From the IMG/VR virus record IMGVR_UViG_3300016665_000195, positions 2,150 to 66,149 of that record: a stretch of DNA of 64,000 bases; one strand, written 5' to 3'. The notes beneath the pieces were generated by a model, which ran no database searches, was not told where the DNA came from, and was given only the letters and a program-made list of their open reading frames with translations. This DNA comes from a virus. Its lineage: Duplodnaviria > Caudoviricetes. The stretch's first letter is position 1. The number at the start of each line of letters is the position of its first letter. A program made the translations under genes and the position numbers. Shown here piece after piece: positions 8,073 to 18,230 of this stretch.

Positions 8073-8888
8073 TCAGGCGGCCAGCAGGGTCGCGGGAATC
8101 ACGCGCCGCACGGGCGCTGCCTGCGAGTCGACGACGAAGCCCGAGGTGTCGGTTTTGGCCTTGCCCTTCGCGTACAGCGCCACGATCACGCCCTGCGGGT
8201 CGAGGTGGCGGATGTCCGAATCGTCGCCGTCGACGACGGGGAGACCCATGAAGGTCTCGGGGATCGACCGCTTGTTGCGGAATACCACTGCGATGCGCAT
8301 ACCCGCATCGAGCGCCCGCTGCACGTACGGGCGGAACCCCGGGACGCCGGAGTAGCTGTACGTCAGGTCATAATTCGACGGGATGCCGCGCCGGTTCGGG
8401 ATCTTTGTGTAATCGTAGAACTGCACGTCGGGGAACACCTCCATGATGTTGTCGTAGTGGCCCGCAGGCACGCCGACGTAGTCGGCCGTCGCCTCGTCAA
8501 GGTCGACGGGGATCTGTTCCCACCGGATGTCCGTCGTTCCGTTGGGTCGCACAATGGGCGTGTACCCGAGCCGCCGGACCTTGCGGACGAATCGCGCGAT
8601 GTCCCGCACCATTTGCCGCATGAATGCGACGGGGTCGTCGATGAAATACCATGCCTTGTTCAAGCGCCCGCGCGCCTTGGTCTCGGTGTACGCCGGGTTC
8701 CCGGCGGTGTTCAGGCATGGCCCGTCGCACTGCGCGATCTCCGCCATGGGGCACAGGTTCACCCCGGACAGCTTGGCAGGTGCCATGTACAGGACGGCCG
8801 TCATGAACCCGTACTTTTGACCCTTGACGGTTTTCGGATTGGTGTCGAACGAGAACAGGTTCGAGGGAGTGTAGTGGCGAATGGTCAT
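8073..8888 (-). CDS. Gp88-like (radical-SAM-like fold) phage protein
   Basis: NLCPMAEIAQCDGPCLNTAG Cys cluster, VRPNGTTDI, VQFYDYTK, YDLTYSYSG, GDDSDIRHLDP..VIVALYAKGKA; SD TAGAGG. Confidence 0.75.
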   Translation of the reverse strand: MTIRHYTPSNLFSFDTNPKTVKGQKYGFMTAVLYMAPAKLSGVNLCPMAEIAQCDGPCLNTAGNPAYTETKARGRLNKAWYFIDDPVAFMRQMVRDIARFVRKVRRLGYTPIVRPNGTTDIRWEQIPVDLDEATADYVGVPAGHYDNIMEVFPDVQFYDYTKIPNRRGIPSNYDLTYSYSGVPGFRPYVQRALDAGMRIAVVFRNKRSIPETFMGLPVVDGDDSDIRHLDPQGVIVALYAKGKAKTDTSGFVVDSQAAPVRRVIPATLLAA

Positions 8889-8916
8889 GTGAACCTCTAG
8901 GGTGTGGGTTAGGCGG

Positions 8917-9156
8917 TTAAACCGAAGCGTCGGAACCGGAACGGATAATATAGATGCTGGCATTGGGCGCGGCCTTGCCCACGTACTCCGCACTAGTGAC
9001 GCCGAAGGTAGACGCGAGCGCCGCTCGCATGGGGTTATCCGCACCGTAGTCGTACGACACGGTCTTGCGAGCGCCGGTGTCGCCACAAGTGACGGACAGG
9101 CGCGCCCCCTTGGTATCGGTGGCAGGCATGTATCGAACAATGTAGGCGTGGAACAT
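8917..9156 (-). CDS. hypothetical phage protein (first gene of the leftward operon)
   Basis: MFHAYIVRYMPATDTKGARLSVT...VSYDY; SD TAGAGG; follows the promoter at 9211-9239. Confidence 0.7.
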   Translation of the reverse strand: MFHAYIVRYMPATDTKGARLSVTCGDTGARKTVSYDYGADNPMRAALASTFGVTSAEYVGKAAPNASIYIIRSGSDASV

Positions 9157-9210
9157 GATGAACCTCTAGGGTATATGTCGCGCGATCGACGGCTGTCGAC
9201 CACAAGATGG

Positions 9211-9239
9211 ATTCTACGCTCGCACGTTGACTGAGTCAA
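9211..9239 (-). promoter_or_regulatory. strong sigma70-type early promoter overlapped by the perfect palindrome TTGACTGAGTCAA
   Basis: Minus strand TTGACT-N17-TAGAAT; palindrome at 9227-9239. Confidence 0.75.
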
Positions 9240-9537
9240 GCACTCGAGCCCAAACGGTCAAACCCGCCCGGCTCGACCCCACCGTACCCGGACCCCCCGC
9301 GATGGCTTGCGGGACTCGCGCGCTAATACACTGAGTGCACAAAACACACTTGGTCGGCGTTGACTCAGTTAACTAAGTCCACTTCAACCCGTCATAGAAA
9401 TTCACTTAGTCAATTGAAGTTTGTCCCACCCAAAAATTTTTCTAAAAAATTTTAAACCCTACACGACTCAAGTCAAACTTTACTCCGACAAAGCATTCCT
9501 GCACACTATAGCCTTCGCCCGTGGAGCGCCGCTGCAC

Positions 9538-10059
9538 ATGCAGTTTCCGCAAGTCGAGTCCGACATTCCTTTTGCTGAATACCCTCCGACCTTTGAAGAC
9601 CTCAAGGCGCGGACGGATGCGATGTTTCGTTCGATTGCCGAGATTGCCGACGAGGTAGAAGTCTCGGATGCGGACATCGCGCAGGCCCACGGCCTGTTCA
9701 CAGGCTCGGTGCAACCCACCGTGGCGACGTTAACGTCGCCCGGTACCGTGGTGCATCTCAAGGCGCTCCTCGACGAGTACGACAAGGTCGTGATCCAGTC
9801 GGCGGCTCAACTGCGGGTGTACGTCACCAACCGCCTGATCATGGACAGTGCGAACCCCGACCCGAGGGTGCGGCTCAAGTGCTACGAACTGCTCGGCAAG
9901 ATCTCTGACGTTGGGCTGTTCACGGACAAATCGGAAGTGACCCTCCGGCATCGACCGACGGAAGAGCTTGAGCAACTGCTGCGCGAGCGCCTGATGAAGA
10001 CGCTTAATGCGGACGACCCGCTGCTGGTGACCACCACCGCCCCTGACGATGGAGCTTGA
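9538..10059 (+). CDS. terminase small subunit (putative)
   Basis: Directly upstream of and overlapping TerL; RLKCYELLGKISDVGLFTDKSEVT pattern; in-frame upstream start at 9421 also possible. Confidence 0.6.
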   Translation: MQFPQVESDIPFAEYPPTFEDLKARTDAMFRSIAEIADEVEVSDADIAQAHGLFTGSVQPTVATLTSPGTVVHLKALLDEYDKVVIQSAAQLRVYVTNRLIMDSANPDPRVRLKCYELLGKISDVGLFTDKSEVTLRHRPTEELEQLLRERLMKTLNADDPLLVTTTAPDDGA

Positions 10060-11593
10060 CGCCGCCACGCTCCTAGCACGGCTCAAGACCATGTCCCACG
10101 AGGAGATGGCGAACACGCTCGCGCTCCTTGAAGAGCTTGAATCCCGAAAGCGGATCGCACTTGCCCAGTCCGACTTCTTGGCATTCATCGCGTCGATCGA
10201 TGCCACCTACAAGTTCGGCGCACATTTGAAAAGGCTCGGCGGGCTGCTGATGCAGATCGAGCAGGGAAGCAAGGACCGGATCGCCGTGAGCATGGCGCCA
10301 CGGATGGGCAAGTCGCTGATGATCTCCGTGTATTTCCCGGCGTGGTATCTCGGCAAGCATCCCGATCACAAGGTGATCATGGCCTCGCACACCAGCGATC
10401 TCGCGGTGGACATGGCGAGGAAGGTGCGGAACCTGATGCAGACCGAGGAGTACCGGAACATCTTCCCGGGGGTTGCCATTGCAGCCGACGCCAAGGCTGC
10501 GGGCAAGTGGAACACCACCAAGGGTGGTGAGGTGTACGCAACGGGTGTGGGAGGTGCGCTTGCAGGTCGTGGTGCCCACCTAGCGGTGATCGACGATCCG
10601 CTGTCGGAACAGGATATTAAGTCGGGCAACACCGACTCCCTCGACGTTGTCTACGAGTGGTACCGTGCCGGCCTGCGAACCCGTCTGATGCCCGGGGGAA
10701 AAATTGCCGTATTGCATACAAGGTGGCACCAACGTGACTTGATTGGTCGCCTGATCAAGGACGCGTCCATGAACCCGGACGCGGACCAGTTCGAAGTCTT
10801 CGAATTCCCGGCGATCCTCACCACGCCCAACCCCGCCTACGATCCGGACGACCCCGACAGCCCGTCGGAGGTGCAAAAGTCCCTGTGGCCGGAACAATGG
10901 CCGCTGGAGACCCTCCTGCGTACGAAAGCCTCCATGCCGGCGTGGCAGTGGAACGCGCAGTACATGCAGTCCCCGACGGCGCAGGAAGCTGCGCTGATCA
11001 AGAAGGACGATATCCGGTGGTGGCCGAAGGATCATCCTCCCGCGTGCGATTTCATCGTGCAGGCATGGGATACGGCGATGACCACCAAGGAGCGCAGCGA
11101 CTACTCCGTGTGTCAGACGTGGGGAGTGTGGCAGACCGAGGACGGCGTGGATAACGTAATCCTCTTGAACTGCGTCCGTAGGAAAGTTGAGTTCCCAGAA
11201 CTCAAGCGGATCGCGTTGGAACAAGTGCAGGAGTGGGAGCCCGACGCCCTTATCGTGGAGGCCAAAGCCTCGGGGCAACCCCTTATCGATGAACTGCGAC
11301 GTTCCGGCATCTACGTGCAAGAGTTCTCCCCGGGCAAGGGGCAGGACAAGATCGCCCGCGTGAACGCCATCACTGATATGTTCGCTTCCGGTCAGGTGTG
11401 GTTCCCCGAGACCCGGTGGGCTACGGAGGTGGTGGATGAAATCTGCGCCTTTCCGAATTCGGAACACGACGATATGACCGATGCGATGACCCTCGCCCTG
11501 CGCCGGGTTCGGCAAGGTGGCCTCATGCGCCTGACCTCTGACCATGAAGACAAGGATCCGCTGCCGATTCGGCGGCGCGCCGCTTACTATTGA
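10049..11593 (+). CDS. terL: terminase large subunit
   Basis: ATPase MAPRMGKS, Walker B AVIDDP, LHTRWH; RNase H-like QAWDTA, VEAKASG, FPNSEHDDMTDA. Confidence 0.95.
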   Translation: MELDAATLLARLKTMSHEEMANTLALLEELESRKRIALAQSDFLAFIASIDATYKFGAHLKRLGGLLMQIEQGSKDRIAVSMAPRMGKSLMISVYFPAWYLGKHPDHKVIMASHTSDLAVDMARKVRNLMQTEEYRNIFPGVAIAADAKAAGKWNTTKGGEVYATGVGGALAGRGAHLAVIDDPLSEQDIKSGNTDSLDVVYEWYRAGLRTRLMPGGKIAVLHTRWHQRDLIGRLIKDASMNPDADQFEVFEFPAILTTPNPAYDPDDPDSPSEVQKSLWPEQWPLETLLRTKASMPAWQWNAQYMQSPTAQEAALIKKDDIRWWPKDHPPACDFIVQAWDTAMTTKERSDYSVCQTWGVWQTEDGVDNVILLNCVRRKVEFPELKRIALEQVQEWEPDALIVEAKASGQPLIDELRRSGIYVQEFSPGKGQDKIARVNAITDMFASGQVWFPETRWATEVVDEICAFPNSEHDDMTDAMTLALRRVRQGGLMRLTSDHEDKDPLPIRRRAAYY

Positions 11594-11601
11594 GGGCTGA
11601 T

Positions 11602-11862
11602 ATGTCGGTCACCGTATTTCTTGGTCGGAACTGCCTTATCGATCGGCTTGCCGCGCAGGTCGGGGATCGGGATCTGGCGATATCGATTCTGCGGGACAGG
11701 GGGCACGTCGATGCCAACGGAAACCTCACCGATGCCGGGCGGGTGCGGGATGCCATGACCGCCGAGGAGCGGGCCAAGGACCGCGCTGCAAAGCGCACTG
11801 GCAAGCCCGTCTACACGTTCACCTACGACCCAAAAACCAATCGGGTCAAGGTAAGGAAATAA
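11602..11862 (+). CDS. hypothetical protein between terminase and portal
   Basis: MSVTVFLGRNCLIDRLAAQVG...FTYDPKTNRVKVRK; tight packing. Confidence 0.7.
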   Translation: MSVTVFLGRNCLIDRLAAQVGDRDLAISILRDRGHVDANGNLTDAGRVRDAMTAEERAKDRAAKRTGKPVYTFTYDPKTNRVKVRK

Positions 11863-11863
11863 C

Positions 11864-14323
11864 ATGATTGAGAAGAGTCCGTTCGGTGCCCCGCTGGGCG
11901 TTGCCACTGCGGCCGAAGACGAAGAGCCGATCGAGATCGAAATCGTCGATCCGGAGGAGGTGACCATCCACGCCGGAGGCGCCGAAATTACGATCGACCC
12001 GGATGCGGAAGACGAGGACGATTTCTCGGCTAACCTCGCTGAGACCCTTTCCGCAGGCGTGCTGTCGTCCCTCTCCTCGGACTTGCTCCACGACATCGAG
12101 AATGATCTCGGATCCCGCAAGGATTGGGAGAAGACGTATACGGAAGGGCTGCGCCTGCTCGGTCTCAACTACGAGATGCGGATGGAGCCGTGGGAGGGTG
12201 CGTGCGGCGTGTACCACCCGATGATCACGGAGGCCGTGGTTCGCTTCCAGTCCGAGACGATTACCGAGACGTTCCCGGCGCAAGGCCCGGTGCGAACGAA
12301 GATTATCGGTAAGGAAACTCCGCAGAAGAAGGAAGCCGCCGCCCGGGTCGAGGCGGACATGAATTACCAGTTGACCGAGAAGATGGTCGAGTTCCGCTCC
12401 GAGCACGAGCGGATGCTCTGGAGCCTGCCGGCCACCGGCAGTGCCTTCAAGAAGGTCTACTACGACCCGTCGCTTGCTCGTCAGATCTCGGTCTTCATCC
12501 CTGCCGAGGATGTGATCCTGCCCTACGGAGCCTCGGACGTGCAGTCGGCGCATCGCGTCACGCACCGCATGAGGAAGACCAAGAACGAGATCCTGAAGCT
12601 GCAGGCTGCGGGCTTCTACCGGGACGTTGACCTGCCGGACCCGAGCAAGCGGGTAGACGACATCCAGAAGGCCAAGGACACCGAGACTGGGTTCACCGAT
12701 ATCGGTGACGACCGCTACATGGTGTACGAGGTGCATGCCGACGTGGTGGTGCCGGAAGGTGATGAGCCGGCCGAAGAGAACGAGATCGCGCTGCCCTACG
12801 TGGTCACCCTGCTCGACGACGGCACCATCCTGTCGGTGCGGCGCAATTGGGATCCGGACGACGAACTGCGCCTGAAGCGGCAACACTTCGTGCAGTACAA
12901 CTACATCCCCGGCTTTGGGGCGTACGGCTTCGGACTCTTCCACCTGATCGGTGGCTACGCGCAGTCGGCCACCTCCTTGATCCGTCAACTCGTCGATGCC
13001 GGCACGCTGAGCAACCTGCCCGGCGGTCTGAAGTCCCGTGGTCTGCGGATCAAGGGCGACGACACTCCGATCAGCCCGGGTGAGTTCCGCGACGTGGACG
13101 TTGGGTCCGGCACCATCAGGGATAACATCCTGCCCCTGCCGTACAAGGAACCCTCGGCCACCCTCGCGGGGCTGCTCGGCACCATCGTGGAAGAGGGCCG
13201 GCGCTTCGCTGCAACGGCGGATATGAAGGTCTCCGACATGAGCGCCCAAGCGCCCGTCGGGACGACTCTTGCCCTCCTCGAACGCCAACTAAAGGTGATG
13301 ACGGCGGTGCAGGCGCGCGTGCACTACGCACTCAAGCAGGAACTGAAGCTGCTCGCCGGAATCATCCGGGACTACGCGGACGAGGACTACGCCTACGAGC
13401 CGGATACGGGCACCCCGCGCGCCCGCCGCGAGGACTTCAGCCACGTCGACATCATCCCGGTCTCGGATCCCAACGCGGCGACCCTGTCCCAACGGGTCGT
13501 GCAGTACCAAGCGGTGATCCAGCTTGCGCAGTCCGCGCCGCAGATCTACGACCTGCCGCAACTCCACCGCGGGATGTTGGAGACCCTTGGGATCAAGCAC
13601 GCGGACAAGCTGGTGCCGCTGCCCGACGACCAGAAACCGACGGATCCGGTCACGGAGAACATGAACGTGCTGAAGGGCAAACCCCTCAAGGCGTTCTCCT
13701 ATCAGGACCACGAGGCGCACATTCAGGTGCACATGGCGGCTACGCAGGACCCGGTGATCATGCAGTTGATCGGTCAGAACCCGCAGGCGCAGGCGATCAT
13801 GGGCGCGATGATGGCGCACATTGCCGAGCACGTCGGTTACGCGTACCGCAGGAAGATCGAGCAGCAACTGGGCATGCCGCTGCCGCCTGAAGACGAGAAA
13901 CTGCCGCCGCAGGTGGAGTTGGCCCTGTCCGGGATGATGGCCCAAGCCGCCAATCAGGTGCTGCAGCAGAACCAGCAAGCCGCCGCCCAGCAACAAGCGC
14001 AACAGCAGGCTCAGGATCCGGTGATCCAGATGCAAATGCAGGAGTTGCAATTGAAGGCGCAGGAGCTTGAACTGAAGAAACAGCAGCTTGCGATGGACGC
14101 TGCCGCCCGCGCCGACGAGTTGGACATCAAGGAGACGCAAGTCTCCGGCAATCTGCAGCTTGAGGCGATGAAATTGTCGACCCAACTGCGTGAAAACGCC
14201 GAAAAACAGGCCGCGAACGAGCTTCGCGAGGGCCTGAAACTGGGTGTTCAGGTCGGAAAAGACCGTGCGGACATGATGATCCGTGCAAAACAGGCCGAAA
14301 AACCCGCCGGAGGCGCTGAATGA
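11864..14323 (+). CDS. portal protein (P22-like, with Gln-rich C-terminal barrel)
   Basis: 819 aa after TerL; PWEGACGVYHP, GSAFKKVYYD, YGFGLFHLIGG, APVGTTLALLE motifs; Q-rich helical tail. Confidence 0.9.
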   Translation: MIEKSPFGAPLGVATAAEDEEPIEIEIVDPEEVTIHAGGAEITIDPDAEDEDDFSANLAETLSAGVLSSLSSDLLHDIENDLGSRKDWEKTYTEGLRLLGLNYEMRMEPWEGACGVYHPMITEAVVRFQSETITETFPAQGPVRTKIIGKETPQKKEAAARVEADMNYQLTEKMVEFRSEHERMLWSLPATGSAFKKVYYDPSLARQISVFIPAEDVILPYGASDVQSAHRVTHRMRKTKNEILKLQAAGFYRDVDLPDPSKRVDDIQKAKDTETGFTDIGDDRYMVYEVHADVVVPEGDEPAEENEIALPYVVTLLDDGTILSVRRNWDPDDELRLKRQHFVQYNYIPGFGAYGFGLFHLIGGYAQSATSLIRQLVDAGTLSNLPGGLKSRGLRIKGDDTPISPGEFRDVDVGSGTIRDNILPLPYKEPSATLAGLLGTIVEEGRRFAATADMKVSDMSAQAPVGTTLALLERQLKVMTAVQARVHYALKQELKLLAGIIRDYADEDYAYEPDTGTPRARREDFSHVDIIPVSDPNAATLSQRVVQYQAVIQLAQSAPQIYDLPQLHRGMLETLGIKHADKLVPLPDDQKPTDPVTENMNVLKGKPLKAFSYQDHEAHIQVHMAATQDPVIMQLIGQNPQAQAIMGAMMAHIAEHVGYAYRRKIEQQLGMPLPPEDEKLPPQVELALSGMMAQAANQVLQQNQQAAAQQQAQQQAQDPVIQMQMQELQLKAQELELKKQQLAMDAAARADELDIKETQVSGNLQLEAMKLSTQLRENAEKQAANELREGLKLGVQVGKDRADMMIRAKQAEKPAGGAE

Positions 14324-14511
14324 TCGAGGAATTCACCCGCGTTCTGCGGGAAAAGCTGCGCGATGAGGCGGAAATCGAGCGAAATTCGATTTCCCGAGGC
14401 GCTGCTGCCGATTTTGCGGAGTATCGCTACGCCTGCGGCGTGATTCGCGGGCTGGCACTGGCCGAACAACTGCTTATCGACCTGCGGAACGCCGCCGAAT
14501 CGGCGGATTGA
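14320..14511 (+). CDS. small conserved head-module protein
   Basis: ADFAEYRYACGVIRGLALAEQLL pattern typical of the gene after the portal. Confidence 0.75.
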   Translation: MIEEFTRVLREKLRDEAEIERNSISRGAAADFAEYRYACGVIRGLALAEQLLIDLRNAAESAD

Positions 14512-14562
14512 GTCCTCGCGTCCCGTTCGCGGCACGGTTTGCCGCGCTTTTGAGGTGTTTTC

Positions 14563-14997
14563 ATGACCGATCTGATCCTGCCCCCGGGTATTTCGCTTCC
14601 TCCGGCCATTCAACCGGCCGATTCGCCTGATCCGAACGCCGAACCGGAGATCAAGGCCAAGCAACTGCCTGACCCGACCGGGTGGAAAATCCTGTGCGTG
14701 GTCCCCGACGTGGCCGACACGTTCGAAGGTTCGTCCATCGTCAAGGCCGATACCTTCATGAAGCAGGAAGAGCACGCAACGACCGTTCTGTTCGTGCTGA
14801 AAGTCGGCCCCGACGCGTACAAGGACACGAGCAAGTTCCCGTCCGGCCCGTGGTGCAAGGAAGGCGACTTCGTCCTCGTTCGGACCTATTCCGGTACCCG
14901 GTTCAAGATCTATGGGAAGGAATTCAGGTTGCTGAACGACGACATGGTGGATGCCGTCGTTGACGATCCCCGGGGCATTACCCGCGCTGCGGTTTAA
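14563..14997 (+). CDS. groES: phage co-chaperonin GroES (Cpn10)
   Basis: PDPTGWKILCV...VLKVGPDAY...WCKEGDFVLVRTYSGTRFKIYGKEFRLLNDDMVDAVV. Confidence 0.9.
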   Translation: MTDLILPPGISLPPAIQPADSPDPNAEPEIKAKQLPDPTGWKILCVVPDVADTFEGSSIVKADTFMKQEEHATTVLFVLKVGPDAYKDTSKFPSGPWCKEGDFVLVRTYSGTRFKIYGKEFRLLNDDMVDAVVDDPRGITRAAV

Positions 14998-15006
14998 GGA
15001 GTGGCC

Positions 15007-15975
15007 ATGGAAGAGAAGTTCGAATTTCCGGATGAGAAGTCCTCGCCCGAGGCGACCATCGAGGTCGAGATCAAGAGCGACAGCGACATCGAGATCGAGG
15101 TCGTTGACGACACGCCCGAGCAGGACCGGGGCCGCAAACCGCTGGAGAAGCCCGTCTCGGAGCCAACCGACGATGAGCTTGAGGCGTACTCGGACAAGGT
15201 CAAGAACCGCATCAAGGAGCTAACGCACGCCCGCCACGACGAGCGTCGTGCCAAGGAAGCCCTGTTGCGCGAGCAGGAAGAGCTTCGCCGCGTCGCCCAG
15301 CGCCTGATCGACGAGAACAAGAAGCTCAAGGAATACGTAAACGTAGGCGAGAAACAGTTCGCCGAAACTGCGAAGTCCGCTGCCGATACCTCGCTCGATC
15401 TGGCCAAGCGTCGGTACAAGGAGGCGTACGAATCCGGTGACGCGGATGCGTTGATCGCCGCGCAGGAAGCGCTTACCGAAGCGAAGATGCGTTCGGAGGC
15501 TGCGAAAAACTTCAAGCCACTCGCTTTACAAGATGACGCGAGTGATGTACAACTTCCGCAATCGCAGTCCCAGCCCCAACCTTCTCAGATTGATGAGAAA
15601 ACCCTGCGCTGGCAGGCAAAGAACCAGTGGTTCGGTGCGCCGGGATACGAGGAAATTACCAGCTTCTCGCTAGGGCTGCATCAAAAGCTAGTGAACTCGG
15701 GGATCGATCCCCGCTCTGATGAATATTTCGAGCGAATCGACGCTCGCCTGCGTGCCGTGTTCCCCGAAGTTGTCGGTGCGGACTCGGATGCAAAACCCGC
15801 GAAAGCGGCCGAAGGCTCTCGTAAGCCGTCCACCGTCGTCGCTCCTGCTACGCGATCGACCGGTGCTAAAAAGGTTCAGTTGACCGCCTCGCAGGTGGCG
15901 CTGGCAAAACGTCTGAATCTTACTCCGCAACAATACGTTGCAGAACTGCTGCGGCTGGAGAAGTCCAATGGCTGA
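15007..15975 (+). CDS. capsid scaffolding protein (putative)
   Basis: Acidic N-terminus, long coiled coil, C-terminal LTASQVALAKRLNLTPQQY; located upstream of the capsid genes. Confidence 0.75.
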   Translation: MEEKFEFPDEKSSPEATIEVEIKSDSDIEIEVVDDTPEQDRGRKPLEKPVSEPTDDELEAYSDKVKNRIKELTHARHDERRAKEALLREQEELRRVAQRLIDENKKLKEYVNVGEKQFAETAKSAADTSLDLAKRRYKEAYESGDADALIAAQEALTEAKMRSEAAKNFKPLALQDDASDVQLPQSQSQPQPSQIDEKTLRWQAKNQWFGAPGYEEITSFSLGLHQKLVNSGIDPRSDEYFERIDARLRAVFPEVVGADSDAKPAKAAEGSRKPSTVVAPATRSTGAKKVQLTASQVALAKRLNLTPQQYVAELLRLEKSNG

Positions 15976-16417
15976 AAATCGCACCCCCCGTGAACTGGTA
16001 ACCCGGGAAAAGGAAGCCCGAGCGGTCTACGTGCCGCCGAGTACGCTGCCCGATCCTACCCCCGAGCCGGGCTATGTCTACCGCTGGATTGCTACACACG
16101 TCCTCGGTCAGGCCGATGCTCCGAACGTGTCCAAAAAGATGCGCGAGGGTTGGGAACCAGTGAAGGCGGAAGACCACCCCGAACTGATGCTCGCTGGCAA
16201 TGCCAAGACGGGCAACGTCGAGGTGGGTGGACTGATGCTGTGCAAGATGCCGGTCGAGCGTGCGCGTGCGCGCGACGCGTACTTCCACCAGCAGGCTCAG
16301 TCCCAAATGGAGTCGGTGGACAACCACTACCTCAGAAACAACGACCCCCGTATGCCGCTGTTCTCCGACCGTAAGTCGTCGGTTAGCCGTGGTAGCGGGT
16401 TTGGTTCTGGCACTTAA
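15968..16417 (+). CDS. head-module protein
   Basis: PDPTPEPGYVYRWI...REGWEPV...VGGLMLCKMP...RDAYF. Confidence 0.75.
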   Translation: MAENRTPRELVTREKEARAVYVPPSTLPDPTPEPGYVYRWIATHVLGQADAPNVSKKMREGWEPVKAEDHPELMLAGNAKTGNVEVGGLMLCKMPVERARARDAYFHQQAQSQMESVDNHYLRNNDPRMPLFSDRKSSVSRGSGFGSGT

Positions 16418-16429
16418 CCGGAGTTCCAA

Positions 16430-17107
16430 ATGGCATCTGTTGCCTCCCCCTACGGGCTTAAGCCGATCAATCTGATCGGTGGTCACCCGTTCCCCGGCGG
16501 CGCGGCGCGAGAGTACCTCGTTGCTGCGGATACGACCGCCTTCTACGTCGGCGACCTGATTTACCTGACCAACGCTGGCCTGCCGCGCCGTCGCCTCTCG
16601 ACGGATAGCCCGGCTTCGCCCGTCGCGGTGAAGATCCCGGCGACCTCGGCTGATGCGACCGCCGGCCTCATGGGCGTGTGCGTTGGCGTTCGCTACGTCA
16701 ACCCGGCCACCAAGCAGTCGCTGTGGGGTCAGTACCTGCCCGCCAACGCGACCACCGCTGGCTACACCGACATCTACGTGCTGGTGAACGACGACCCGAA
16801 CCAGATCTACCAGATCCAAGGTTCGGCGGCTCTTGGCACGTTCAACTCGGGCACCAACGGCTCGGGCTGGCCCGGCGCCATCGGCAAGAACGCGGCAATT
16901 AGCTGGGGCGGCTCGCCCAACGCCACGACCGGTCTGTCGGATGTGCGGCTTGAAGTCGGCTCCAACGGTGGCTCGCTTGCGGCGACCTCCACGCTGGCGC
17001 TGCGGATCATCGATACCGTTCGCGGTACCGAGTCCGATGCGTTCCCCGAGTTCCTCGTCAAGTTCAACGTCGGTGTGCACTCGTACACCAACTCGCTTGG
17101 CATCTAA
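16430..17107 (+). CDS. capsid decoration/stabilising protein (putative)
   Basis: MASVASPYGLKPINLIGG; Gly/Ala/Thr-rich; immediately before the MCP. Confidence 0.65.
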   Translation: MASVASPYGLKPINLIGGHPFPGGAAREYLVAADTTAFYVGDLIYLTNAGLPRRRLSTDSPASPVAVKIPATSADATAGLMGVCVGVRYVNPATKQSLWGQYLPANATTAGYTDIYVLVNDDPNQIYQIQGSAALGTFNSGTNGSGWPGAIGKNAAISWGGSPNATTGLSDVRLEVGSNGGSLAATSTLALRIIDTVRGTESDAFPEFLVKFNVGVHSYTNSLGI

Positions 17108-17122
17108 GAGGAGTAATTAGTC

Positions 17123-18049
17123 ATGGCAATTAGTCGTTCCCAACTCCTCAAGGAACTGCTTCCCGGCCTGAACGCCCTGTTCGGTCTGGAGTACAAGCGG
17201 TACGGCGAGGAACACAAAGAAATCTACGAAGTCGAGAATTCGGAGCGTTCGTTCGAAGAGGAAACCAAGCTTTCGGGCTTCGGTTCCGCCCCGGTGAAGA
17301 CCGAGGGTGCGGCGATGCGCTACGACACCGCGCAGGAAGCGTTCACCGCGCGGTACACCCACGAGACCATCGCGCTGGGCTTCGCGATCACCGAAGAAGC
17401 GATCGAAGATAACCTCTACGATTCGCTGTCGGCTCGCTACACCAAGGCGCTGGCCCGTGCGATGGCGTACACCAAGCAGGTCAAGGCTGCCTCCATCCTG
17501 AACAACGCCTTCAACGCGTCGTTCCCGGGTGGTGACGGTGCTGCGCTGTGCGCTGGTACCAGTTCCTCGACCGGTCACCCGCTGGTCGGCGGCGGCTTCA
17601 ACCAGAACCGTCCGTTCACGGGCGTGGATCTGAACGAGACCTCGCTGGAAGCTGCGGTGATCCAGATCGCTGCGTGGACCGACGAGCGTGGCCTGCTGAT
17701 CGCTGCCAAACCGCGCAAGCTGGTGATCCCGCCGGCCCTGATGTTCGTCGCCAAGCGTCTGCTGGAGACCGAACTGCGTGTTGGCACGACCGACAACGAT
17801 ATTAACGCGCTAAAATCGATGGGCGCCATTCCTGAGGGCTTTGTGGTCAACCACTTCCTGACGGACAGCAATGCCTTCTTCCTGCTGACGGACGTTCCTA
17901 ACGGCCTCAAGCACTTCGTGCGTGCGCCGATGGCTACCGGAATGGACGGGGACTTCGATACCGGAAACACCCGTTATCGTGCCCGCGAGCGCTACAGCTT
18001 TGGCTGGAGTGACCCGCTGGGTGTCTGGGGTTCGCCCGGCTCGGCGTAA
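17123..18049 (+). CDS. major capsid protein (Mu gpT-like, HK97 fold)
   Basis: MAISRSQLLKELLPGLNALFG...SERSFEEE...ARYTHETIALGFAITEEA...PRKLVIPPAL...RERYSFGWSDP; followed by a terminator. Confidence 0.9.
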   Translation: MAISRSQLLKELLPGLNALFGLEYKRYGEEHKEIYEVENSERSFEEETKLSGFGSAPVKTEGAAMRYDTAQEAFTARYTHETIALGFAITEEAIEDNLYDSLSARYTKALARAMAYTKQVKAASILNNAFNASFPGGDGAALCAGTSSSTGHPLVGGGFNQNRPFTGVDLNETSLEAAVIQIAAWTDERGLLIAAKPRKLVIPPALMFVAKRLLETELRVGTTDNDINALKSMGAIPEGFVVNHFLTDSNAFFLLTDVPNGLKHFVRAPMATGMDGDFDTGNTRYRARERYSFGWSDPLGVWGSPGSA

Positions 18050-18073
18050 ATCCTTGTAAATCAAGGACTTACG

Positions 18074-18104
18074 GAAAGGGGGCTTCGGCCCCCTTTCTTG
18101 TTTC
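18074..18104 (+). terminator. rho-independent terminator after the MCP
   Basis: GAAAGGGGGC-TTCG-GCCCCCTTTC followed by TTGTTT. Confidence 0.9.
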
Positions 18105-18174
18105 TGACGAACTGACTTGCACTGCAAGAGCCCGCCAAAGACCGCGAGCGGATCGACGCGCAGCCGCGCTTCGC

Positions 18175-18204
18175 TTGACACCCCCAAACTACTCGTTGTA
18201 CTGT
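18175..18204 (+). promoter_or_regulatory. candidate promoter of the inserted endonuclease gene
   Basis: TTGACA-N18-TACTGT, then GGAG SD before ATG 18231. Confidence 0.45.
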
Positions 18205-18230
18205 ACGGACTCTCTCGGTCGGAGTCCTAA

